Positions 16,224 to 26,458 of a stretch of 30,121 nt of DNA are shown here, piece after piece; positions within the stretch are counted from its first letter, which is position 1, and each line of letters opens with the position of its first letter. The notes under the pieces were generated by a model, which ran no database searches, was not told the DNA's origin, and worked only from the letters and a program-made list of their open reading frames with translations. Origin of the DNA: a bacterium. GTDB lineage: Bacteria; CALINM01. The position numbers and the translations under genes are program-made. The stretch is taken from contig JBEQAF010000009.1 in assembly GCA_041640455.1 (NCBI GenBank), positions 8,256 through 38,376 of the forward strand. The letters are read 5' to 3'.

Positions 16224-18524
16224 ATGTCTTTTACAGGCTTTGACAGTGAGGATCTAAAAAGGATCCTTTCCCATATATCGGAATTTGCAGAGACAGAGTA
16301 CGGTAAGGAGTTTATAAAACATATTCATATTCTGTCTTCTCTGTCTCATATTAAATTAGAACAGAAAAGGGTATTGGCTCTTAAGGATTTCGTCAGGAAA
16401 ACTGGTTTTTCCATACCTTCTGTTGATGATATTAGAATTCATCTCCAAAGAGCCACAAAAGTGGACTTTTTAACCGAAGATGAGACTGGTTTTATCTATA
16501 TAAATATTAAAGATATTTTGAGTTTTATCAATAAGTATTACGCTTTAGGGTTAAATCAGCTTTTAGAAAATGGTTTTGAGCGGATACTTGAGCTTAATGA
16601 ACTGGTTAAAGAGCTTTCTATTTACTTAACCGAATCTGGAAAAATAAATCCTGAATGCTCTCCTGAGCTGAAAAAAATAACAAAAGAAAGAGATTACATT
16701 AAAGAAACCATTCACCAACGACTGGATAAACTTCTTGATTTAACCCCGCATATATTTCAGGATAGGTATTACACAGTTCGTGAGGGTAGATATGTGCTTC
16801 CAGTAAAAACTAACTTTAAAAAGGATATTAAGGGTACTATAAGGGATACCTCTCAGTCAGGCGATACTATTTTTGTGGAACCGGAATCAATAACATCTTT
16901 CAATGACAGATATATACTAATAATAAAAAAAGAAGAACAGGAAAAAAGAAATATTCTTGCAAAGATTACCGCCAGAATTTCAGAAAATACTGCTCTTATA
17001 AAGGAATCGCTTAATTTTTTTGGATACATAGATAGCCTGATGGCAAGGGTCAGATATCTTTTAAGATATGATCTGAACTTCCCGGATATCAGGGAGGGGA
17101 AAAGCTTTTCTCTATACAATGCCTATCATCCCCTCTTTCTGGAAAAACAGGATGTGGTAAAAAATGATTTCTTAATGCCGGAGGATAAAAATATTTTTCT
17201 TATTACTGGACCCAATGGTGGTGGCAAAACCGTATCGATTAAGACCATTTCAATAATTATCCTGTTATCACACATGGCTATTCCTGTTCCTCTTTCTGAT
17301 AGGTCTTACCTTTCTCTAATTCAAAACTTTTGTTTTGATATGGGAGATCATCAAAATATTGATGAGGGGGTTAGTAGTTTTACCTCAAAAATGTTACTCT
17401 GGAAACAGATTATGGAAAACATTGACAGAGATACTATCGTATTTGTTGATGAGCTGGGAAATTTTACCAATCCTCAGGAAGGCTCTGCCATATCAATTGC
17501 TTTTTTAGAGGAGATTGTAAAAAAGGGAGGCAGAATAATTGCAGGAACCCATCTGGATGAGATTAAAGAGTTCGTTTCGGTCAGAACGGACGGGATGGTT
17601 TCTGCCATGCTCTGGGATGAAAAGCTAAAAAAGCCAGCTTTTAAAATATCCTATGGCTCCTATACAGGAAGTTTCGCAATAGAAGTATTGAGAGAGCTGG
17701 GTTTTCAAGAGAGCTTTATAAAAAACTGTGAAAAAAATCTTTCCAGTGATTACATTTATATAGAGGAGCTAAAAAGGAAAAAACAGGCAGAATATTTTAC
17801 CTGTCTTATGGAGAGGGAGGAGCTTGAAAAGGAGAAAAAAAGATTAGACGAGATTATAAAGGAAAAGGAGCTGCTGCTTCTTAGATATAAAGAGGAAAAA
17901 AACAAGCTCATTTTAGATGCAAAAAATGAGATTAATGGTCTTCTGGAGAGGATGGACAGAGATATAAAATCTCTTCCGAAAGATAAAAGGCTTGCGAGGG
18001 AGTTTTATAAGACATGGGAAAATGAGAGTAAGGAGCTTTTAAAAAATCTTTCCCGTATGGGAGAAGAGGTCGATGAGGAGGTTATTATTGGAGATGAGGT
18101 GCATCTGATAAATCTTAATAAAGATGGGAAAGTAATTGCAATGGATGGAGAAAAATATAATGTACTCACCGGGACATTAAAAATCTGGGTGGATAAGGAA
18201 GAGATAAGAAAAACAGCCAGAAATGTGATGGATAAAAAAGAAATTAGAAGTTCAGAAACAGGACATTATTATGGAGAAAGCTGCCCAGAAATAGATGTGA
18301 GAGGTAAGAAGGTAGATGAATCAATAGCTCTTATTGATAAATTCATTGATAGGGCATATCTTTCAGGAGCCAGAAAAGTAAAAATTATTCATGGTGCAGG
18401 CACAGGTAAGCTAAGAGAGAATATACACAGCTATCTTAAGACCAGCCCCGTAGTAACTGGTTTCTCGTTGGGCGATTTAAAGGAAAGGGGCGGTAGTTAC
18501 TATACTCTTGTAGAACTTAAATAA
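16224..18524 (+). CDS. mutS2: MutS2 family protein with C-terminal Smr domain (divergent)
   Basis: TVREGRYVLPVK, DTSQSGDTIFVEP, Walker A TGPNGGGKT, VDELG, coiled coil, KOW-like segment, Smr IDVRG...IIHGAGTGKLR. Confidence 0.9.
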   Translation: MSFTGFDSEDLKRILSHISEFAETEYGKEFIKHIHILSSLSHIKLEQKRVLALKDFVRKTGFSIPSVDDIRIHLQRATKVDFLTEDETGFIYINIKDILSFINKYYALGLNQLLENGFERILELNELVKELSIYLTESGKINPECSPELKKITKERDYIKETIHQRLDKLLDLTPHIFQDRYYTVREGRYVLPVKTNFKKDIKGTIRDTSQSGDTIFVEPESITSFNDRYILIIKKEEQEKRNILAKITARISENTALIKESLNFFGYIDSLMARVRYLLRYDLNFPDIREGKSFSLYNAYHPLFLEKQDVVKNDFLMPEDKNIFLITGPNGGGKTVSIKTISIIILLSHMAIPVPLSDRSYLSLIQNFCFDMGDHQNIDEGVSSFTSKMLLWKQIMENIDRDTIVFVDELGNFTNPQEGSAISIAFLEEIVKKGGRIIAGTHLDEIKEFVSVRTDGMVSAMLWDEKLKKPAFKISYGSYTGSFAIEVLRELGFQESFIKNCEKNLSSDYIYIEELKRKKQAEYFTCLMEREELEKEKKRLDEIIKEKELLLLRYKEEKNKLILDAKNEINGLLERMDRDIKSLPKDKRLAREFYKTWENESKELLKNLSRMGEEVDEEVIIGDEVHLINLNKDGKVIAMDGEKYNVLTGTLKIWVDKEEIRKTARNVMDKKEIRSSETGHYYGESCPEIDVRGKKVDESIALIDKFIDRAYLSGARKVKIIHGAGTGKLRENIHSYLKTSPVVTGFSLGDLKERGGSYYTLVELK

Positions 18525-18525
18525 A

Positions 18526-20232
18526 ATGAAAATAAACAGAGAACTATTAAAAGAAAAAATAAACATAGTAGATTACATAGGAAAGTACGTAAATCTTAGA
18601 AAAGCTGGAAAAAACTATGTGGGTCTATGCCCCTTTCATGCCGAAAAAACTCCATCTTTTACCGTATCGGAGTCAAAGCAGATATTTTATTGCTTTGGAT
18701 GCCATGCTGGGGGAGATGTTATTGAGTTTCTTACCAGATATCTTAAAACTGATTATATGGATGTGCTTCAGATGCTGGAAAAAGATACGGGGCTCAAGCT
18801 TTTTGTCAGAGATAGGGAGTATGAAAAAAAGCTTGAGGAGTTAGCAAAAATTTATGAGCTCAATAAAAGGGCGCTCAATTTTTTTATCAACAATCTTTAT
18901 AAGACTCAGGGAGGTATAAGGGCTCTTGAATATCTTAAAAAAAGAAAATTAAGTCTTGATACAATGAAAAATTTTAATATAGGTTTTGGTGGCACAGACT
19001 GGGATAGATTATATAAAGAGCTCGTCAGAGAAAATTATGATAAAGGATTAATTGAAAAATGTGGGCTTGTGGTTTCCACTTCGGGCGGGGTAAGAGATTT
19101 TTTTAGAAACAGGATTGTATTTCCCATTCTCAACGTAAAAGGAGACGTGATAGCTTTTGGTGGCAGAGCTCTGGATAACAGTCTGCCCAAATACGTGAAC
19201 TCTCAGGAAAGTAAAGCTTTTCTTAAAAGGAATAGTCTGTTTGGTATAAATATTGCCCGAAAATATATTGACGATACAAAGGTGGTATATCTGGTTGAAG
19301 GATATATGGACTGCATAATGATGCACCAGGCCGGTTATCCTAACACTGTTGCTACTCTCGGTACCGCAATTACAGAGGAACATGTAAAGTTTTTAAAACC
19401 TCTGGCAGATGAGTTTTATCTAATCTATGACGGAGATGAGGCAGGAAAAAAGGCTGCAGTAAGAGGATTGGAAATATTTCTTAACCTGTCTATCAATCCC
19501 TATGTGGTTTTACTACCTGACGGGGAAGATCCAGACAGCCTTATAGCTCAAGGAAAAATTGACCGGTTAAAAGAAGCCATTTCTTCTGCCAAAAAGGGTA
19601 TTGACTTTTTAATAAACTTGTATAAAATTAAATATTCTCTGTCTACCATTGACGGGCAGAGGGCATTTATCCAACAGCTAAACAAACATATTGAAAACAT
19701 TACAAATCCATTGGAGCGCGAGCTTTTGATTAGGGCAATCTCAAAGGAAACAGGTTTCACTAAAGATGAGATAATTAGCTTTTTCAGTTTTAAAGAAAAA
19801 AATGGTATAATATTAAATAAAGAGGTTAAGAATACGCCAGAAGATATTATTACAGCGATTCTTTTGAAAAACCCCGAGTTTATCATCCATGTGGAAGATG
19901 ATATTTTAAACTCCCTAAGCCCCAAACATCTTTCTGTCATAAACAAGCATGTTACAGGAAGCAAATCTGAAGAGCTAAGCAAAGAAGAAGAGAATCTTTA
20001 TCTCAGACTTTCTGTTAGCGACAATATCATAGGCGAAGATATGCACAAAGCATTCTTTGATAATATTCTGTTTTTAAAACAACGTTTTTTGAGAAAATGT
20101 AAAGAAGATATTACAAAAAAAATAGAGGAGGCCGAAAGGTTAAAAGATTATGATTTAGCCAGAGAGCTTCTACGTCAGAAAAATGAAATAATAATAAAAG
20201 AAAAAGAAATAACAAAATTAAGGAGTAGTTAA
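18526..20232 (+). CDS. dnaG: DNA primase
   Basis: Zn finger [11 protein letters not shown]...[22 protein letters not shown], Toprim VEGYMD and YDGDEAG, DPD. Confidence 0.97.
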   Translation: MKINRELLKEKINIVDYIGKYVNLRKAGKNYVGLCPFHAEKTPSFTVSESKQIFYCFGCHAGGDVIEFLTRYLKTDYMDVLQMLEKDTGLKLFVRDREYEKKLEELAKIYELNKRALNFFINNLYKTQGGIRALEYLKKRKLSLDTMKNFNIGFGGTDWDRLYKELVRENYDKGLIEKCGLVVSTSGGVRDFFRNRIVFPILNVKGDVIAFGGRALDNSLPKYVNSQESKAFLKRNSLFGINIARKYIDDTKVVYLVEGYMDCIMMHQAGYPNTVATLGTAITEEHVKFLKPLADEFYLIYDGDEAGKKAAVRGLEIFLNLSINPYVVLLPDGEDPDSLIAQGKIDRLKEAISSAKKGIDFLINLYKIKYSLSTIDGQRAFIQQLNKHIENITNPLERELLIRAISKETGFTKDEIISFFSFKEKNGIILNKEVKNTPEDIITAILLKNPEFIIHVEDDILNSLSPKHLSVINKHVTGSKSEELSKEEENLYLRLSVSDNIIGEDMHKAFFDNILFLKQRFLRKCKEDITKKIEEAERLKDYDLARELLRQKNEIIIKEKEITKLRSS

Positions 20233-20236
20233 AAGT

Positions 20237-21961
20237 ATGAGTTCAAAAAAGAATATTAAAGAAGGAACAGTATTTGAGGAGATGATAGCCAAGGGGAAGA
20301 AAAAGGGCTATGTTACCTATGATGAGATAAATGATATGCTACCGGATGATTTTAATCCCGATAATATTGATGAGGTAATGGGTATATTTGATGAGATGGA
20401 TATACCTGTTATTGACAACATCAGTCAGATACCAGCTCGTTCCTATTATGAGGAGGAAGAGCTTGAGGAGAGCTTTGAAGATCTGGAAGATGAGCTGGGG
20501 AAGGGAAGCGACCCTGTTAGACTTTATCTTAAAGAGATGGGTAGTGTAAGTCTGCTTGACAGGGATGGAGAGATAGAGCTTGCTAAGCAGATAGAGAATG
20601 GAGATCTTAAGATTATAAAAACCCTTATATCATATACGCCTGTTTTTGAGGATTTTATTAAACTTGGAACCCAGCTTGAGAAAGGAGAGGTCTCTATTCG
20701 GGACATTATAAGCGATGTGGAAGAGGAAGATGAAGAAGTATATGAGGGAGAGGAAGAAGAGAAGGATAGTAACTATGGGCATGTGATCGAACATTTTAAC
20801 AGTATTCAGAAAAAGTATCAGGAACTGAAAAAGGCAAGAAAGAGTGGGAATGAAAAGAAGATAAAGAAGCTGGAAGATGAAATTACCTCAATGATTCTGG
20901 AGATGGATATAAATGAAAAGCTCATTGAAAACTACAGAAAAAGAATGGAAAATGATTATGATAAATTCTTCAAAACTTACAGGATAGAGGCTTTAAGAAA
21001 ACTCAGAGAAGCCTTTAATCTTAACGAAGAAGATAGTGATCTCCTTTTCAGTATCATATATAGGGATGAACCCTTACCTAAAAAAAGATTCAACCTACCA
21101 AAGGATGGTTTTAACAAGGCAAAAAAGCTTATCCAGCAAGAAGTTAAGCAGCTAAAAGACAGCTCTGTAAAGTTAAATCTTACAGAAGAGCAGTTTGTTG
21201 AGTATTTAAGACTTTTGAAAGAGGGAGATGAGGAGAAATCCAGGGCAAAAAAGAAACTAATAGAGGCAAATCTTAGACTTGTGGTCAGCATAGCCAAAAA
21301 ATACACAAACAGAGGCTTGCAGTTTCTTGATCTGATCCAGGAGGGTAATATTGGCTTGATGAAAGCAGTAGATAAATTTGAATATAAAAGAGGTTATAAG
21401 TTTAGCACCTATGCCACCTGGTGGATAAGACAGGCAATTACCAGAGCCATTGCAGATCAGGCAAGAACTATCAGGATCCCTGTTCATATGATTGAGACCA
21501 TCAATAAGCTTATCAGAGAATCAAGAGCTCTGGTTCAGGAACTGGGAAGAGAACCCACAGCTGAAGAGATTGCAGAGAGGACGGAGCTTCCTGTTGATAA
21601 GGTTAAAAAAATTCTAAAGATAGCCAAAGAGCCCATCTCACTGGAGACACCAATAGGAGAAGAAGAAGACAGTCATCTGGGTGACTTTATTGAAGACAAA
21701 AAAAGTGTTACCCCTGTGGATGCGGTTGTTCAGAGCAATCTCAGGGAGACTGTAGCCAGTGTATTAGCCACACTTACCCCGAGGGAGGAGAAGGTTATTC
21801 GGCTTAGGTTCGGGATAGGGGAGAAATATGATCATACTCTTGAGGAGGTAGGTCAAGAGTTTAAGGTTACCAGAGAGAGGATCAGACAGATTGAAGGTAA
21901 GGCTTTAAGGAAACTGAGACATCCGATCAGGTCAAGAAAGCTAAAGAGCTTTGTAGAATAA
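20237..21961 (+). CDS. rpoD: RNA polymerase primary sigma factor RpoD
   Basis: Region 1.1, [11 protein letters not shown], long non-conserved region, [37 protein letters not shown]...TRERIRQIE. Confidence 0.98.
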   Translation: MSSKKNIKEGTVFEEMIAKGKKKGYVTYDEINDMLPDDFNPDNIDEVMGIFDEMDIPVIDNISQIPARSYYEEEELEESFEDLEDELGKGSDPVRLYLKEMGSVSLLDRDGEIELAKQIENGDLKIIKTLISYTPVFEDFIKLGTQLEKGEVSIRDIISDVEEEDEEVYEGEEEEKDSNYGHVIEHFNSIQKKYQELKKARKSGNEKKIKKLEDEITSMILEMDINEKLIENYRKRMENDYDKFFKTYRIEALRKLREAFNLNEEDSDLLFSIIYRDEPLPKKRFNLPKDGFNKAKKLIQQEVKQLKDSSVKLNLTEEQFVEYLRLLKEGDEEKSRAKKKLIEANLRLVVSIAKKYTNRGLQFLDLIQEGNIGLMKAVDKFEYKRGYKFSTYATWWIRQAITRAIADQARTIRIPVHMIETINKLIRESRALVQELGREPTAEEIAERTELPVDKVKKILKIAKEPISLETPIGEEEDSHLGDFIEDKKSVTPVDAVVQSNLRETVASVLATLTPREEKVIRLRFGIGEKYDHTLEEVGQEFKVTRERIRQIEGKALRKLRHPIRSRKLKSFVE

Positions 21962-21977
21962 TTATCGAGGAGGAGAT

Positions 21978-22526
21978 ATGGACATTAAGATCAACTTTAG
22001 CAACATGGAACATAGTGATGCTATCAGGGAGTATGCAGAAAACAAGATAGGAAAAAAGTTATTGAAATATTTTGATGAACCCATAAGCCTTCAGATCACA
22101 CTTGCGCTTGAGAAACTTGTTCATATAGCTAAAGTTAACTTAAATGCTAATGGTTTTCTCATCCATGTAGAGGAGCGAGATAATAACATCTATTCAGCCA
22201 TTGATCTTGTATCCGATATTCTTGAAAGAAAGGTGAAGAAATATGTTGAAAAGCTGAAGGATAAGAAGAACAAAAATAATAAAAACAAAAATCTTCAGAT
22301 AAAGGAAGAGATTGTTGCCATCTCCGAAGAAGGTGGCTCTCCCAGACAGGTTATCAAGGTAAAGAACTATGAGATAAAACCTATGGATCTGGAAGAAGCA
22401 GTTATGCAGATGGATCTATTAAATAAAGATTTTCTTGTTTTTATTAACTCTGAAACCGATAAGGTAAATGTAATATATAAAAGAAAAGATGATAATTATG
22501 GTCTGATTGAGGCTACAAAAAAGTAA
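21978..22526 (+). CDS. hpf: Ribosome hibernation promoting factor, long form
   Basis: N-terminal RaiA/HPF domain (YSAIDLVSDILERKVKKY) plus C-terminal KPMDLEEAVMQMDLLNKDFLVF...NVIYKRKDDNYGLIE; SD GAGGAGG. Confidence 0.94.
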   Translation: MDIKINFSNMEHSDAIREYAENKIGKKLLKYFDEPISLQITLALEKLVHIAKVNLNANGFLIHVEERDNNIYSAIDLVSDILERKVKKYVEKLKDKKNKNNKNKNLQIKEEIVAISEEGGSPRQVIKVKNYEIKPMDLEEAVMQMDLLNKDFLVFINSETDKVNVIYKRKDDNYGLIEATKK

Positions 22527-22531
22527 ACTCT

Positions 22532-22560
22532 GCTCTCCCCTTTAGTGGGAGAGCTTTTTT
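22532..22560 (+). terminator. Intrinsic terminator between hpf and rapZ
   Basis: GCTCTCCC-ctttagt-GGGAGAGC followed by TTTTTT. Confidence 0.75.
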
Positions 22561-22563
22561 ATT

Positions 22564-23412
22564 ATGAAAATTTTCTTAATCACAGGTATATCAGGTTCAG
22601 GAAAGACAGTCTTTGTTAAAGCGCTGGAAGATCTGGGTTTTTTTTGTGTAGATAACCTTCCTGTCCCTCTTCTTGACAATTTCTTCTCCCTCATAAAAAA
22701 ATCAAAAAAATACAGTAAGATCGCCATTGTAATCGATGTGAGGGAAAAGTTTTTCCTATCCCAGCTGGAGAATAATATTAATAATATATCCCGGAAACTG
22801 GGCACCGATGGGCTTAAGATCATTTTTCTTGATGCAAGAGATGAGGTACTGATAAGAAGATTCAGTGAGACAAGAAGAAAACATCCTATCAACTCCTTTG
22901 ATATTCAGCAAAGTATTGATGAAGAAAGAAAGCTTTTAAAACCCTTAAGAGATAGGGCAGACTTCATAATTGATACCTCCAGATTCAGCAATTATGACCT
23001 GCGAAAAAAAGCCGAACTGATTTCGGAAGGGTTCATTACTAAAGATCGGGTTCAGCTGAAAATAATAAGCTTTGGCTTTAAAAATGGTGTTCCGTTGGAG
23101 GCAGATAATGTTTTTGATGTAAGATTTATTCCCAATCCCTATTATGTACCCCAGCTTAAAGATAAATTGGGAACAGATCTGGAGGTTTCAGAGTTTATCA
23201 AAAAAAAGAAGGTCACCAGGCAATTTATTAAAATGCTTAAAGAGCTCTTACCTTTTATGATTCAGCACTATGATAAGGAAGGAAAGAATTTTATTACCAT
23301 AGCCTTCGGCTGCACTGGCGGAAGACACAGATCTGTATTCTTTGCCGAGTATTTTTATGATTATCTTAAAAAGACCTACTGTAATATATCAGTCTGGCAC
23401 AGAGACATATAA
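22564..23412 (+). CDS. rapZ: RNase adapter RapZ / YvcJ family nucleotide-binding protein
   Basis: ITGISGSGKT, LEDLGFFCVDNLP, DVR, RRFSETRRKHP, SFGFK.G.P, DVRFIPNPYY, GCTGGRHRSV. Confidence 0.95.
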   Translation: MKIFLITGISGSGKTVFVKALEDLGFFCVDNLPVPLLDNFFSLIKKSKKYSKIAIVIDVREKFFLSQLENNINNISRKLGTDGLKIIFLDARDEVLIRRFSETRRKHPINSFDIQQSIDEERKLLKPLRDRADFIIDTSRFSNYDLRKKAELISEGFITKDRVQLKIISFGFKNGVPLEADNVFDVRFIPNPYYVPQLKDKLGTDLEVSEFIKKKKVTRQFIKMLKELLPFMIQHYDKEGKNFITIAFGCTGGRHRSVFFAEYFYDYLKKTYCNISVWHRDI

Positions 23413-23480
23413 AATAATCTGCTATAAATCATCAAAAATTTATTAATACTAAAATTATTTTTCTAATAGTAAAAAATAGT

Positions 23481-23510
23481 TTGACAGATATTAAGTTAAA
23501 CTGTTAATAT
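23481..23510 (+). promoter_or_regulatory. Putative sigma70 promoter (extended -10) of the mdh operon
   Basis: TTGACA 23481-23486, 18 bp, TGt-TAATAT (23502-23510); SD GGAGG before ATG 23561. Confidence 0.55.
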
Positions 23511-23536
23511 TTTAAATATTTAGAGGGTTATCTTGA

Positions 23537-24493
<957 letters not shown>

Positions 24494-24495
24494 AT

Positions 24496-25341
24496 ATGAG
24501 AAAAATTGGAAAAGACCAGATCATAGAGGCGGTTAAAAATCTTTTTCTTTTAGCTGGCAGGGTTCTCCCTGAAGATGTATTCTGTGCTTTAAAATCAGCA
24601 AAAGACAAAGAGATTTCGCCTTTAGGCATTTCTGTACTTGATGATATAATTGCAAACAAGGAGATTGCAGAAAAAGAAGGGCTTGCCCTCTGTCAGGACA
24701 CAGGTTACGCCGTGCTCTTTATTGAATGGGGGGTTGAAGTACTGTTTGATGGTGATAATCTTAACGATGCCATAAATGAAGGGGTTAGAAGGGCTTACCA
24801 GGAAGGTTATTACAGAAAATCAATAGTATCAGACCCGCTTTTTGACAGAAAAAATACTGGAGATAATACCCCTTGCGTGGCTCATATTGAACTGGTTCCA
24901 GGAGATAAGGTAAAAATTATTGCAGCTCCCAAAGGTGGTGGGAGTGAAAACATGAGCGCCATAAAGATGTTAAAACCTGCCGAAGGTATAACAGGTCTTA
25001 AAAATTTTGTACTTGAAACAGTGGAAAAGGCTGGAGGGAACCCTTGCCCACCGATTATTGTGGGAATAGGTGTTGGTGGAACCTTTGAAAAATGCGCTTA
25101 TCTGGCGAAAAAGGCTTTACTTAGAGAGCTGGGCTCAAAAAACAGTGATGTTAGATATGCCAGACTTGAAGAGGAACTTCTTACAGAGATCAATAATCTT
25201 GGTATCGGACCAATGGGTTTTGGAGGCAGGGTAACTGCTTTAGCTGTACATATTGAGTATTATCCCTGTCACATCGCCAGTTTGCCTGTTTCGGTAAATA
25301 TTCAGTGCCATAGCGCAAGACATAAAGAGATTATTCTATAG
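24496..25341 (+). CDS. Class I (Fe-S) fumarate hydratase, alpha subunit
   Basis: CQDTG, GDNTP, KGGGSEN, NPCPP, GIGPMGFGG, HIASLPV, QCHSAR; TCA context favours fumarase over tartrate dehydratase. Confidence 0.92.
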   Translation: MRKIGKDQIIEAVKNLFLLAGRVLPEDVFCALKSAKDKEISPLGISVLDDIIANKEIAEKEGLALCQDTGYAVLFIEWGVEVLFDGDNLNDAINEGVRRAYQEGYYRKSIVSDPLFDRKNTGDNTPCVAHIELVPGDKVKIIAAPKGGGSENMSAIKMLKPAEGITGLKNFVLETVEKAGGNPCPPIIVGIGVGGTFEKCAYLAKKALLRELGSKNSDVRYARLEEELLTEINNLGIGPMGFGGRVTALAVHIEYYPCHIASLPVSVNIQCHSARHKEIIL

Positions 25342-25348
25342 AGGAGCT

Positions 25349-25906
25349 ATGATAAAAAAAATATCTACACCTTTAACCGATCAAGTTATAAAAGAGCTAA
25401 AAGTGGGTGATATTGTTTCTCTTACCGGGTATATTTATACAGCCAGAGATGCAGCCCACAAAAGGCTAGTGGAGCTTATTAAGGAAGGCAAAGAACTGCC
25501 ATTCGACATAAAAGGTGCTGTTATTTATTACGTGGGTCCTACACCTGCACCACCAGGTAAGGTTATAGGCTCAGCGGGACCAACCACAAGCGGAAGAATG
25601 GATGCCTATGCTCCACTTCTTATTGAGAAGGGTCTAAAAGGTATGATAGGAAAGGGTAAAAGATCAAAAGAAGTTGTTGATGCTATTAAAAAATATGGTG
25701 CCATCTATTTTGCCGCCACAGGCGGAGCAGCCGCCCTTATTTCAAAAAAGATTAAAAGTGTAGAGCTTGTGGCTTATGAAGATCTGGGACCTGAAGCGGT
25801 AAGAAGGCTATATGTAGAAGACTTCCCTATCATTGTGGTAAATGATCTTGAAGGTAGAGACCTTTACGAGGAAGGCATAAAAAAATATAAAATAGCTAAT
25901 TTTTAG
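25349..25906 (+). CDS. Class I (Fe-S) fumarate hydratase, beta subunit
   Basis: TARDAAHKRL, YYVGP, SAGPTTSGRMD, GMIGKG, EDLGPEA. Confidence 0.92.
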   Translation: MIKKISTPLTDQVIKELKVGDIVSLTGYIYTARDAAHKRLVELIKEGKELPFDIKGAVIYYVGPTPAPPGKVIGSAGPTTSGRMDAYAPLLIEKGLKGMIGKGKRSKEVVDAIKKYGAIYFAATGGAAALISKKIKSVELVAYEDLGPEAVRRLYVEDFPIIVVNDLEGRDLYEEGIKKYKIANF

Positions 25907-25926
25907 CTAATCGGATAAAAAATTTT

Positions 25927-26457
25927 ATGGATAAAAAACTTCAGTTTTATTTACGAAGGCTACACGGACTGACAGGTATTTTTCCGCTTGGTTATTTTAT
26001 ATTATTTCATCTGAAAGAAGGGAGCTCATTTTCTTCAGAAGGCTTTTTATATTCCCTGATGCTTCTCTGGTTGCCGCTAATCTATCATAGCCTTTATGGA
26101 CTTTATATAGTTTACGAAGGTGGAATGAATATCTGCTGTTACAGATATTTGCGAAATGTCATGTATTTTCTTCAAAGATGGACAGGGCTTTTTATTATAC
26201 CTATACTAATTTATCATATTTATACCATGAAGTTTGGTAGTTTTGGAAATGGAGTTGCTGATAATTTTATTTTGTTTTTTCTTGTAGTAATCTCGATTTT
26301 TCATCTATCCAATGGAATATTTGGATTTTTAGTAGATTTTGGAATTGCGGCGGGAGATAAAGCCCAGAGGGTAGCAGTAATACTAAGCTTTGTCGTCTTC
26401 ATCTCTCTTGGTCTATGGGGTATGGTTAAGTTTTATCAGTTAATAGGGTTAGGATAA
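25927..26457 (+). CDS. sdhC: Succinate dehydrogenase/fumarate reductase cytochrome b subunit (Bacillus-type b558)
   Basis: RRLHGLTGIFP...FHL, YHSLYG, QRWTG...YHI, FHLSNG: His pattern of the di-haem SdhC family; five hydrophobic segments; directly upstream of sdhA. Confidence 0.88.
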   Translation: MDKKLQFYLRRLHGLTGIFPLGYFILFHLKEGSSFSSEGFLYSLMLLWLPLIYHSLYGLYIVYEGGMNICCYRYLRNVMYFLQRWTGLFIIPILIYHIYTMKFGSFGNGVADNFILFFLVVISIFHLSNGIFGFLVDFGIAAGDKAQRVAVILSFVVFISLGLWGMVKFYQLIGLG

Positions 26458-26458
26458 A

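Noticed and set aside
22260..22292. Low-complexity KNKNNKNKN stretch in hpf
   Set aside because: Linker between the two HPF domains; not a regular tandem repeat.
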